Position numbers and translations under genes: made by a program
Notes under the pieces: generated by a model
Seen by the model: the letters and a program-made list of their open reading frames with translations, nothing else
Database searches by the model: none
Told to the model about the DNA's origin: nothing
DNA from: a virus
Taxonomy: Duplodnaviria; Caudoviricetes
Length of the DNA stretch: 62,814 nucleotides
Reading direction: 5' to 3' (one strand)
Virus record (IMG/VR): IMGVR_UViG_3300042543_000362
Location: 1-62,814 of that record
In this document: piece after piece, positions 16,218-24,452 of the stretch
Layout of the letters: the number at the start of each line of letters is the position of its first letter
Numbering within the stretch: the stretch's first letter is position 1

Positions 16218-16574
16218 TCAGTCACCAGACCAGGCGCCATCGGGTCGCAGCTGAGCTAGAGCCACCAACTGGCATAGAGCTCGCTTTGCATTGCCTTCGG
16301 TAGGCGCCCAGTAATCATCGTTAACATCATCGCCAAGGCTGCTAATTGCGTCCTGTAAAACAGGAATGGAGGCGGCGCCGGTCATCCCGTAAATGGTGCG
16401 GATGCCATTCTCGCCAAAAGCCCTGTAATAGTGGCTGGAGTAATTGTAGGTAATGTTGAGCCAAAGCTCAGTTGTTCCGCCCATTGCGCAGGTGCCGCCA
16501 GTGATCTGATGCGGCTCCTGAGCATGCAGGGCTTTTTTGGTAACGGGGTCTACTAGCTGAATGTCGTAGCTCAT
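16218..16574 (-). CDS. hypothetical phage protein
   Basis: MSYDIQL...LNITYNYS...DYWAPTEGNAKRAL; globular composition. Confidence 0.7.
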   Translation of the reverse strand: MSYDIQLVDPVTKKALHAQEPHQITGGTCAMGGTTELWLNITYNYSSHYYRAFGENGIRTIYGMTGAASIPVLQDAISSLGDDVNDDYWAPTEGNAKRALCQLVALAQLRPDGAWSGD

Positions 16575-16603
16575 AACAGGAGTGGTGGGTAGTAGTGGGA
16601 CGA

Positions 16604-16789
16604 TCAAACCGCCAGCATCCTCCGAACCGTTGACCGGGAACACCCCAGTCGATCAGCGATGCGCTGCTGTGTCCAGCCGTCGCGCCGCCACCTGCGGGCG
16701 CGTTGCTGGCGGGACTCTGTGGCCCACAGCAGGAACAGCAGCGGAAGCAACAGCAGCACCAAAGCGGTGCAGAGAATCGTGGTTGTCAT
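16604..16789 (-). CDS. TM-anchored HTH protein
   Basis: Poly-Leu TM segment followed by WTQQRIADRLGCSRSTVRR. Confidence 0.7.
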   Translation of the reverse strand: MTTTILCTALVLLLLPLLFLLWATESRQQRARRWRRDGWTQQRIADRLGCSRSTVRRMLAV

Positions 16790-16829
16790 GGCGAACAATG
16801 GCGAGTGGCGGGCGTGTGCCCGTGGTCGA

Positions 16830-16860
16830 ATCATACCGGATGGGTTCCGGTTTTGCACCC
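16830..16860 (-). promoter_or_regulatory. GGGTGC/GGAACC-class promoter
   Basis: GGGTGCAAAACCGGAACCCATCCGGTATGAT on the minus strand. Confidence 0.7.
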
Positions 16861-16902
16861 CTTAGGGGCGGGGATGGGCAGGACGTGGGCGGAGCGGTCT
16901 GC

Positions 16903-17136
16903 TCATGCCCGCCCCTCCTGCCGCAGCTCGGCGGCGAGGGCGAGGAGTTGGCGCTTGCTGACCCATTCCTCTCCACTAAGCGTGGTTATTTTGGAAACAT
17001 TGGACACTGCAGCAACCAGCCCGGCGGCCAGCGGGTAACCCATGTCTTCCAGCGGCCCTTGAGCTTCGTAGGCGTCATTCCAGGCATCCCATACAGCCTG
17101 CGCGGCGGGGGATAGGGGTGGGGTTGGGGTGGTCAT
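16903..17136 (-). CDS. hypothetical protein
   Basis: MTTPTPPLSPAAQAVWDA...; ATGA coupling. Confidence 0.6.
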   Translation of the reverse strand: MTTPTPPLSPAAQAVWDAWNDAYEAQGPLEDMGYPLAAGLVAAVSNVSKITTLSGEEWVSKRQLLALAAELRQEGRA

Positions 17137-17456
17137 GATAGCTCTCCTGTGTTTGCAAACCTTTCCAGGATTGGCAGCAGTTTCGCAACTTGCGCCTGTG
17201 TCAGGTGCATCCGAGTAGTGCACTGCACCTCATCAGGAAGCGGGTAGGGGATCCAGCCACAATCAGCATTTGTCTCGATGCCAAGCCTTTTAGCGTCACC
17301 GTGAAGGATCTTGGCGTTGGGGTCAGAGGGCCCAAGCCAAATGGCATCTTCGGTAGCAAGCGAACTTTTTTGAATACTGCATTCAACTCCATATCTATCT
17401 TTGAACTCAATCACCTCGTATCCTCTTGGCGTGGAAGTGGCATGAAGATCCATCAC
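17133..17456 (-). CDS. hypothetical phage protein
   Basis: FKDRYGVECSIQKSSLATEDAIWLG...RMHLT; coupled to neighbours. Confidence 0.7.
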   Translation of the reverse strand: MMDLHATSTPRGYEVIEFKDRYGVECSIQKSSLATEDAIWLGPSDPNAKILHGDAKRLGIETNADCGWIPYPLPDEVQCTTRMHLTQAQVAKLLPILERFANTGELS

Positions 17457-18001
17457 CCCACCTCCGCGCCGGGCACCGGCAGGGCGTTGTGGGGATACCA
17501 GTGGGCCCTGCGCAGTTCGTCACTTGTGGAGTATTCACGCAATACCCAGGCGTGAGGTATCCATTCATACTCATCAAAGTATTGCTCTTTAATGCCGCCT
17601 TCTTCAACCCATACTTCTCCTTCATCGTTGCAATCCTCCCGCCCCGGCACCGGCTCACTGACCGGCACCGGCTCGGTGGTGGGGTGGGCGTAGCGGGTGA
17701 GGATGGCGCCACATAGATCGGCAACATCTTCGGCGCAGACATTGCCGATCAGTCGCGCAGTAGGTTCCCAGCCGAAAGCGCACTCTCGAACCGCCGTTGC
17801 AATGGATGCGATTCGCTCCGTCACCCCCTCCGGCTCGGGCTGGGCCAGGGCGGCGCGGGTCTGGGATAGGTGCTCGCGGCACTCCATCAGGCAGACGGGA
17901 TCGAAACAGTCACGATCAACGCAATCAATCAGATAGCGGACATTTTCAATTAGCTCGGCGCATGTCTTGCGCCAATCAGTTCGTTTAGTCATCGTTGGCA
18001 T
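17453..18001 (-). CDS. modular hypothetical protein (ALAQPEPE family)
   Basis: Shares its N-terminal module and linker with 17989..18426. Confidence 0.6.
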   Translation of the reverse strand: MPTMTKRTDWRKTCAELIENVRYLIDCVDRDCFDPVCLMECREHLSQTRAALAQPEPEGVTERIASIATAVRECAFGWEPTARLIGNVCAEDVADLCGAILTRYAHPTTEPVPVSEPVPGREDCNDEGEVWVEEGGIKEQYFDEYEWIPHAWVLREYSTSDELRRAHWYPHNALPVPGAEVG

Positions 18002-18426
18002 GGGATGGGACGGGTTGATGTCCAGTAAGGGGGGCCACCAGGTGGCACAACAAAATAAACCTCATCGTCTTGTGAGGGTTCGACAAGCTCGTATGTTTGA
18101 TTGAACAGCTCGCGGCCGATCGGATATTCCTCGCCTTTCACGCCACGCATGATCAGATCATCGTTCATTGCTGGTGTGATGCCTTCGCGTGTCGAAACAA
18201 ATGCTTCTCCAGGTCGCTGCTCTCTGACGTGTACCGTGATCGGCAGTTTCCTGCAAGGTTTCCAGTCGGGGCCGATCTCGGGCTCAAGGTTGGGCTCAGG
18301 CTCGGGCTGGGCCAGGGCGGTGCGGGCGCGGGCAACCAGTTCAGATTCGTGACCTTCATACAGCGATGTGTGGCCATTAAGCGCATCAGCCAACTCAGCA
18401 CACAACGCTCTGAAATCAGTGCTCAT
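17989..18426 (-). CDS. modular protein with PGDYG-like C-terminal domain
   Basis: TREG...DDLIMRGVKGEEYPI...FNQTYE. Confidence 0.6.
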   Translation of the reverse strand: MSTDFRALCAELADALNGHTSLYEGHESELVARARTALAQPEPEPNLEPEIGPDWKPCRKLPITVHVREQRPGEAFVSTREGITPAMNDDLIMRGVKGEEYPIGRELFNQTYELVEPSQDDEVYFVVPPGGPPYWTSTRPIPCQR

Positions 18427-18701
18427 CGTTCATCTCCAGTGTGTGTGAATCCATCCAGCCAGTCCGCAACCGAACTGGACCCACCGTGCCGCTCCCGAAG
18501 GATCTGCCCCAGCTCTGCAGCCACCCTGCGGGCGACGGCGGTGCAGGTCTGGCACGGCTCAAGGCACCGGCCCGGCATGGGGCAGGCGGCCAGGGATAAC
18601 CGGGTGGAGGGTGTTGGTGTGGGGCGAGCCTGCTCACTAGTGGCGGGCGCGGTGGCAATGCGGGCCATGGCCTGCTGGGTGGGGGTGGTGTAGGTGATCA
18701 T
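18423..18701 (-). CDS. hypothetical protein with Cys cluster
   Basis: CPMPGRCLEPCQTC; ATGA coupling. Confidence 0.55.
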   Translation of the reverse strand: MITYTTPTQQAMARIATAPATSEQARPTPTPSTRLSLAACPMPGRCLEPCQTCTAVARRVAAELGQILRERHGGSSSVADWLDGFTHTGDER

Positions 18702-18705
18702 TGAA

Positions 18706-18969
18706 TTAAGCGTCAGAATCAGCAGAGAACACGCACTTGAAGTTGTAGACGTGGCCATCGTTCCACCATGCTTCGCCATAAGCGTTGTGGTGGTCCGGTA
18801 GCTTATGCGGGCGATCTGCGTCGAACTGATAGATCACAGTTCGACCAACTTTCATGGCCCATGCCATGGCAGCTTGAAGGCTGGTGAAGCCACGAACCGG
18901 GGCAATGATGTGCCCGGTTTCGCGATACAGCTTTGCTTTCTTCGGGGTGGTTGCGTGATACAGAATCAT
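18706..18969 (-). CDS. small protein with LYHAT motif (possible ART fold)
   Basis: MILYHATT...GFTS...; coupled to neighbours. Confidence 0.6.
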   Translation of the reverse strand: MILYHATTPKKAKLYRETGHIIAPVRGFTSLQAAMAWAMKVGRTVIYQFDADRPHKLPDHHNAYGEAWWNDGHVYNFKCVFSADSDA

Positions 18970-19187
18970 CGGGCGCCCTCACCATGCAGCAGCTGTTTGG
19001 CCGCGGCGGCCAGCACTTCCAGCTCTTCGACGCTGACAGGGATCTCGGCCTCCCCGTAGTGCAGCTCTAGGCATTCTTCGCCACTGTCGGGCACCAGTAC
19101 CAGCCTGAGCGCTATGTCAGAAAACGGGCCATCAGGGGCGTTGGCGTCATAGACGACAACTTCAGTAGCTCGGGTTGCGTAGCTCAT
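18966..19187 (-). CDS. hypothetical acidic protein
   Basis: ATGA coupling. Confidence 0.6.
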   Translation of the reverse strand: MSYATRATEVVVYDANAPDGPFSDIALRLVLVPDSGEECLELHYGEAEIPVSVEELEVLAAAAKQLLHGEGAR

Positions 19188-19330
19188 CGTGATGGGGTGG
19201 GGTTGTGGATCCGGTCGTTCACGATCCGCCGGAGCAGATCGTTCATCCCCTCGCCAGGCCGGAGCTGGCGGCGGAGGGACTCGACCTCGGGGAGGGTGAG
19301 GATGAGGGTTAGGCGGCGGGTTTCGGTCAT
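19184..19330 (-). CDS. small RHH-like protein (48 aa)
   Basis: MTETRRLTLILTLPEVESLRRQLRPGEGMNDLLRRIV: strand-helix-helix pattern. Confidence 0.55.
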   Translation of the reverse strand: MTETRRLTLILTLPEVESLRRQLRPGEGMNDLLRRIVNDRIHNPTPSR

Positions 19331-20757
19331 GGGGTCACCCCCTGCCGTCTGCGCTGCTTCGGCCGGCGGTGTTGTTCCGGCAGCACCAAGCCCTTGATGC
19401 GGGCCACCCTGGCATTAAGGGCGGCCCAGTCCTCCAAGTCCTTGAACCTGAAGTGGCCCGTGCCCTTCTTGAACAGCTTGCACTCAAAGAAGCCCCAGTC
19501 GTACCACTGGCCGGCGGTTAGCCTGTCCCAACCGGCGGCGGGCGTCATCACCTCCTCGTACTTCCGGCCGGTGATGTAGCAGAGGGCCTTCACCAGATCC
19601 TGAACCTTCGGCTGGTTGCCGCCCCACTTCATGCTCACCGTGCCGCCACTCCAGTCCGGTTCGGCGATGTAGGGCACAATGAACTTCTGGTTGAACAGGT
19701 AGGCGTCGTTCGTCTTCCACCCCTCCACGTTCCACCGGTTCTCAGCGGTGTGGCGGGTGAGCTCATCGAATGCGGCCTCGACCGCCCGGTCGATCCGCTG
19801 GTCAGTGGTGCCGGCGATCACCTGCAGCATCCTGAACAGGTTCCGCTCGGTGAATGGCACCTTCGTCTGCTGCTCCACGAACTTGTTGATGTCCCCTGCC
19901 AGCTGGCTGGTGGCCATCTCGCGCGGCAGCATCTCGGCGATCACCGACTCCCAGAACGACTTCTGGAGCTGCTTGCGGAACCGGTTGCGGCTGGCGGCGC
20001 AGCCTTCCATGCTGATCTGGATGCCCAGCTCGCCTTTGTAGATGCCGCCCACCTGGGCCTGCAGACGCACGCCGGCCTCCAGCTGCTGGTCATAGATTTT
20101 GCAGGCCTCCACGTAACGGTTTACCAGGTCGCGGCTGCGGCGGTACTTGATCAGGCCCTGGCCCTCGGCCTCGATGTCATCGGGCCCCAGGAAGAACCCG
20201 TCGAACTCATCAGCGCCGCTTGCACGTTGGCCGGGCTTGGTGAGCCGCACTAGGCCGATCTCGCAGCGCGTGGTGCGCTCAGCGTCCTCGAACGACGGGC
20301 CCAGGTTCTGGCCGCTGCCGTACTGCTCGATCAGGGTGCGCAGCTGCTGGCTGGCCCTGCTGCCCCATCGGCCGGTTTCGATGGTGTTGGCGTTGCAGAG
20401 CGCAACGATCTCGCAGCCTGGCGGGGCGATCTCCCAGGCGTGCAGGATGTGCCGCTCATCGGCCGAGAACGGCGGGTTCATCACGATCAGATCGACGTGG
20501 CTGATCTGCTCGGCCGTCACCGTGAGCCAGTCCGCGGCGATCAGGCGGCAGTCGGCGGGAATGCCGGCGAGGATGGCCCGCAGCTTCGGCTCAGGCTCAA
20601 CCATGAGCACTTCGGCGGCGCCGCGTTCTAGGCAGGCCTGCACCAGGTTGCCTGAGCCGGCGGAGGGCTCCACCACCACCCGGCCGCGCAAGTCGAGCGG
20701 GTCGAGCATGGTGGCCGCCACTTCGGGCGGGGTGGGATAGAAGTCGGGGTTAAACAT
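19327..20757 (-). CDS. N6-adenine DNA methyltransferase-like protein with DUF4942-type C-terminus
   Basis: FYPTP, EPSAGSGNL and VMNPPF; C-terminal WGFFECKLFKKGTGHFRF. Confidence 0.85.
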   Translation of the reverse strand: MFNPDFYPTPPEVAATMLDPLDLRGRVVVEPSAGSGNLVQACLERGAAEVLMVEPEPKLRAILAGIPADCRLIAADWLTVTAEQISHVDLIVMNPPFSADERHILHAWEIAPPGCEIVALCNANTIETGRWGSRASQQLRTLIEQYGSGQNLGPSFEDAERTTRCEIGLVRLTKPGQRASGADEFDGFFLGPDDIEAEGQGLIKYRRSRDLVNRYVEACKIYDQQLEAGVRLQAQVGGIYKGELGIQISMEGCAASRNRFRKQLQKSFWESVIAEMLPREMATSQLAGDINKFVEQQTKVPFTERNLFRMLQVIAGTTDQRIDRAVEAAFDELTRHTAENRWNVEGWKTNDAYLFNQKFIVPYIAEPDWSGGTVSMKWGGNQPKVQDLVKALCYITGRKYEEVMTPAAGWDRLTAGQWYDWGFFECKLFKKGTGHFRFKDLEDWAALNARVARIKGLVLPEQHRRPKQRRRQGVTP

Positions 20758-21028
20758 CAGGCCGCCCCTCGAAGTTCATGTGGGCGACCACTTTGTCGAT
20801 CAGCCACTGCGGCACGGCCGGCGGCTTCGGCGCCCAGCGGCTGGCCCTCCAGGCTTGCGCGTGAGGATCCCACTGGGCGATTCGATCAAGCAGCTTGCGT
20901 TGGCCGTTGCTGCGGTGGAAGCGCACCAGGTTGGGATTGCGGCTGAAGGTAGGGTCTTGGGTGATGGTCCAGCCCGCGCCCGGCGTGTTCGCGTTGCTGC
21001 GCGAGTCGTAGATAACGTGCGGCGCCAT
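20750..21028 (-). CDS. hypothetical protein
   Basis: Overlap-coupled. Confidence 0.55.
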   Translation of the reverse strand: MAPHVIYDSRSNANTPGAGWTITQDPTFSRNPNLVRFHRSNGQRKLLDRIAQWDPHAQAWRASRWAPKPPAVPQWLIDKVVAHMNFEGRPDV

Positions 21029-21168
21029 CAGCTGGCCTCCACACTAAAGGGCGGATTGGCCAGCACCAGGCCAGGGGCGGGCGCCTGCAGCAGAAACCCG
21101 CCAGTGCCGGCGGAGGGCTGGTAGCCGCGCAGTGCGGCGAGGATCGCGGGTGGGGTGTACCAGGTCAT
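21028..21168 (-). CDS. 46-aa miniature methyltransferase-motif ORF
   Basis: MTWYTPPAILAALRGYQPSAGTGGFLLQAPAPGLVLANPPFSVEAS; TGATG coupling at both ends. Confidence 0.65.
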   Translation of the reverse strand: MTWYTPPAILAALRGYQPSAGTGGFLLQAPAPGLVLANPPFSVEAS

Positions 21169-21293
21169 CACTCCCCCTCCCCCACCAACCGCTCACACAG
21201 CGCCCACCAGAGCGAGGTGGCGAGCACGGCGGTGCCGACAATGATTAGCACGGCAATGATCTCGACCATGCCGGCGAGGATGCAGAGGGTCAT
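21168..21293 (-). CDS. small membrane peptide
   Basis: Hydrophobic 41-aa ORF, coupled to neighbours. Confidence 0.5.
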   Translation of the reverse strand: MTLCILAGMVEIIAVLIIVGTAVLATSLWWALCERLVGEGE

Positions 21294-21571
21294 GGCAGGA
21301 AGTCCTCCCGAATGCGCCGTGGGGGTGGAAATTGAGGCTTGGGCGTGGTAGGCCCACCGTTGCCGTTGCCGCGCTGGATGGGGCCTTCTTTGAAGGGCGT
21401 ACGCATGGCTTCCCATTGAGCCAGCGTGATCTCACCACCTCCACAGCGACGGGCGCTGTACTCATGCAGGTACCGGTCGCGGACCCTCGGCGGCCAAACG
21501 TCCCAGATGAAAAAGAGAATGCGGCCTAACGGTATGCCAACGGCAAGGCCAAGTAAGAAACTGCGCATCAC
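21290..21571 (-). CDS. membrane-anchored hypothetical protein
   Basis: N-terminal TM segment; coupled to neighbours. Confidence 0.5.
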   Translation of the reverse strand: MMRSFLLGLAVGIPLGRILFFIWDVWPPRVRDRYLHEYSARRCGGGEITLAQWEAMRTPFKEGPIQRGNGNGGPTTPKPQFPPPRRIREDFLP

Positions 21572-21873
21572 GCCTCCACCTCCAACCGAAGCTGAGCAGG
21601 ATCAGCAGGCCCAACCCTCCAGAACAGGTAGCCAGGGTCGCCGATCGTGCCGGCCTCGTACTCGACCAGATCAGCGGCCTTGAGCTCGCGGAGCAGTTTG
21701 GAGAGATGGTTGTGGCGAAGCACATTGCACTGCTGCATCAGCTCAGCAGTGGGCACCCGGCGGGTGGGCTGGGGATTCAGCTGAGCCAGCAGCAGGCAGG
21801 TGATGATCGCCCGGCTGGGCAGCTGGTGGTGCCGGGATAGGAGATGGTGCACGAGTGGGGTGAGGTTCTGCAT
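21568..21873 (-). CDS. winged-helix DNA-binding protein
   Basis: TAELMQQC...HLSKLLRELKAADLVEY. Confidence 0.6.
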   Translation of the reverse strand: MQNLTPLVHHLLSRHHQLPSRAIITCLLLAQLNPQPTRRVPTAELMQQCNVLRHNHLSKLLRELKAADLVEYEAGTIGDPGYLFWRVGPADPAQLRLEVEA

Positions 21874-21876
21874 GGA

Positions 21877-22332
21877 TCAGAAGGGCACATCCTCATCGCT
21901 GGGGGCATCGTTGCCGAGCCAGCTCTGAGAGGGGGCGGATTGCTGGGCTGGAGCGGACTGCTGGGCTGGGGCGCCATCACTGCGCTTCTTCATCAGGAGC
22001 TCCCACTTCTCCACGCTCACGGACCAGGCGCTGCGCTCTTCGCCGGTGGTGCGATCGGTCCAGGTCTCGGACTTCACCTGGCCGGACACCTCCACCAAGT
22101 CGCCCTTCGCGCAGGCATCAGCGAAGGCCTGGGCCCGCTCGTTCCACAGCACCAGCTTGAAGCTGTCGGGCTGTTTGCCGTCGTCACGCTTGGCGCCGGG
22201 CTGGTTGACCAGCAGGCGTGCATTGCAGACCAGCAGGCCTGACTCGAAATACTTCATCTCCGGCTCAAATCCCAGGCGCCCGATGAATCGGTGCTGAGAG
22301 GCGCGGAGCAGTTGGATCAGGAGTTCGTTCAT
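21877..22332 (-). CDS. ssb: single-stranded DNA-binding protein
   Basis: IGRLG..PEMKY, KGDLVEVSGQV and an acidic tail ending DEDVPF. Confidence 0.92.
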   Translation of the reverse strand: MNELLIQLLRASQHRFIGRLGFEPEMKYFESGLLVCNARLLVNQPGAKRDDGKQPDSFKLVLWNERAQAFADACAKGDLVEVSGQVKSETWTDRTTGEERSAWSVSVEKWELLMKKRSDGAPAQQSAPAQQSAPSQSWLGNDAPSDEDVPF

Positions 22333-22351
22333 GGATGTTCAGGGGATGGGG

Positions 22352-23260
22352 TTAGATCTTCCAGGCAGCGGGGAGATCGTCGCTGTTATCCGAAGGCGGA
22401 TCTTCACCTTCGGGCGAAGCCTCAACTTCCAAAGGATCGCCGTCGTGGTCCAAGACCGTCATGGTTGGTCGGTCTTCTTTCGCCGGCGCACCGTTGCACT
22501 TCGCCACGGTCTCGCCGCTGATGCCCTGTTGGATGATCCGGTCAAGCACCTTGGCCGGCAGGTCCGCCAGCGCGGCGATCTTCCCGCTGCTGACCATCAG
22601 GCAGAACGCCATCACGCCGTCTGAGGTCAGGCCGGCGGCATCGCAGACCTGCTGGGCATGTGGCAGGGCGGCGGCGGGATCAGGGACGCTCTCAGTCACA
22701 GTCACCGGTACCACCTCCCCGCCGATCTCGTCGGGGGTGTAGGCCGTGTGGCCGCCGAGGGCGTCGGGGCAGTGCGTGCGCATCCCGGCGGTGAGCGCCC
22801 GGCTAAACAGCATGGCCTCGGGGTAGGCCTTCCACGTGGGGTTCTTCAGGAGGCCGGCACGCTCAGCCATCTCGATGGTGAAGGTCTCCACGCCCATCTC
22901 TTCGCCGTTGGCGAGAAACCGGATCCGGCAGACCTTGGCCGATTTCTCCAGCACCCGGTAGTCGTACACCGGGTGCCGGCGCACAGCCTGGGCCAGCAGG
23001 TTGGAGCTGAACGCCGGCCGGCCGTTGATGATGTGGACGCCGGTGGCGGAGGCGAACGGGGAAAACCCGGCCTCCATGCCGGCCATCAGTCGGATGGCGC
23101 ACTCGGCGACCTGTGTTTCCTGATTGCCGGCGCGGCCGAACAGGCCAGACGCGGCAAACACCCGGGCCAAGCGGGCCAGGTCATCTACTGACTGGACCTG
23201 CAGGCTGAGGGCTGGTGTGGCGCTCGGCGCTGTGAGCGCTGAGCTGGTGTGGTCGGCCAT
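22352..23260 (-). CDS. single-strand annealing recombinase (RecT/Redbeta-like)
   Basis: AGMEAGFSPFAS..VHIINGRP and WKAYPEAMLFSRA; adjacent to ssb. Confidence 0.75.
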   Translation of the reverse strand: MADHTSSALTAPSATPALSLQVQSVDDLARLARVFAASGLFGRAGNQETQVAECAIRLMAGMEAGFSPFASATGVHIINGRPAFSSNLLAQAVRRHPVYDYRVLEKSAKVCRIRFLANGEEMGVETFTIEMAERAGLLKNPTWKAYPEAMLFSRALTAGMRTHCPDALGGHTAYTPDEIGGEVVPVTVTESVPDPAAALPHAQQVCDAAGLTSDGVMAFCLMVSSGKIAALADLPAKVLDRIIQQGISGETVAKCNGAPAKEDRPTMTVLDHDGDPLEVEASPEGEDPPSDNSDDLPAAWKI

Positions 23261-23284
23261 GGCGTCGAGCGGTTGGATGCCAGA

Positions 23285-23315
23285 ATCCTAGCGGATGGGT
23301 TCCGGTTTCGCACCC
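23285..23315 (-). promoter_or_regulatory. GGGTGC/GGAACC-class promoter
   Basis: GGGTGCGAAACCGGAACCCATCCGCTAGGAT, overlapping the 3' end of the VRR-NUC gene. Confidence 0.7.
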
Positions 23316-23707
23316 GTTCGCAGTATTTCTCTCGCATCCTCCACACTGCGCACGATTCCGGCGCACCCACCAGCGGCGGTGATGTGGTCGAGAAATGCGG
23401 TCTGCTGGGGGGTGGGCCTGCCGGTGGCCGATTTCACCTCAAGCGCCACGAACTGGGCCAGGTCGCCCACGCGGCGATACCCGATCAGGTCGGAGCTGCC
23501 GACACATAGGCCCGCATGGAGCGGCCTGGCGTTGCGCACCACCACGTCGCCAGGGCGGAGGGAATGGGCCAGCGCGGAAAGGTTCCCAGCGGTGACGCGG
23601 GTGGCGGCGCCAGCCCAGCCGGTGCCGACGTTGTTCCTGAAGAGGCGGACCGGGCCTGAGCCGTGGGCCAGGAGGATTCGTTGCTGAGTTTCCTGTTCGC
23701 TGGGCAT
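23288..23707 (-). CDS. VRR-NUC domain nuclease
   Basis: SEQETQ, LFRNNVG, GSSDLIG and LEVKSATGRPTPQQ. Confidence 0.85.
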   Translation of the reverse strand: MPSEQETQQRILLAHGSGPVRLFRNNVGTGWAGAATRVTAGNLSALAHSLRPGDVVVRNARPLHAGLCVGSSDLIGYRRVGDLAQFVALEVKSATGRPTPQQTAFLDHITAAGGCAGIVRSVEDAREILRTGAKPEPIR

Positions 23708-23831
23708 GGCGGGGGCGGGTGTGGTTCCGGCAGTCAACGGACGCCAAACAGCACAAAGCCGCCAGCGGTGGGCCGGCGGCAATGGCGGGAGCGTCCGCTT
23801 AGGCCCGGGCCTAGCGAGTGCTTCACCAATT

Positions 23832-24452
23832 CTACCCCACCTCCCGCAACGCCTCAAACGTCATCCCCAGCACCCGCACCGGGCGGGCCTGACGCATCGC
23901 CAGGGTGATGGCTGCCTGGGATACGTGCAGCTCCCGGGCGGCGCTCACCGCACTGGGCCAGACCTGGCCGGTCTCCACGCACCGCACGCGCCAGTCACCA
24001 CGGGGCCTGGGATACCGGTTGGCCACCTCTTCGGCCAGCTCGCGATCCTCCAGCAGGGCGAACAGGCGATCGGCATCGAATCCACCGAGGGCCTGCGGGC
24101 GCTGGCGGGCCAGTCGGCGCCAGTTCTGGCGGGAGACGTAGCGGAACGCGCCGCGCCACGCAGGGCGCAGGATCTCCCGGTTCCGTTTCGTGCGCAGCCA
24201 GGCCTCGACCCTGGCACAAGGGCAGCCCAGGATCTCGGCCGCGCCTCCCGATGTGACCCACTCGCCAGCACGGACTCTGGTGTGGTGGCCCATGCGGACG
24301 AGCTTCAGGTGGATGGCATTCGCTGAGCGCTCCGGCCATTTCATCTGCCCAGCCTTGCGGCGGTAGCGGTTGGCGATCTCCTTGATGGGGAACGACTCGG
24401 CCAGGGATTCGAGGAACTCGGACTCGGGGCGGGTCCAGCGTGGGGGTATCAC
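23832..24452 (-). CDS. multi-HTH DNA-binding protein with NUMOD1-like C-terminus
   Basis: GAAEILGC HTH; VRCVETGQVWPSAVSAARELHVS. Confidence 0.6.
   Translation of the reverse strand: MIPPRWTRPESEFLESLAESFPIKEIANRYRRKAGQMKWPERSANAIHLKLVRMGHHTRVRAGEWVTSGGAAEILGCPCARVEAWLRTKRNREILRPAWRGAFRYVSRQNWRRLARQRPQALGGFDADRLFALLEDRELAEEVANRYPRPRGDWRVRCVETGQVWPSAVSAARELHVSQAAITLAMRQARPVRVLGMTFEALREVG

Noticed and set aside
19327-20757. Complete restriction-modification system
   Set aside because: No adjacent restriction or specificity gene; treated as an orphan methyltransferase.
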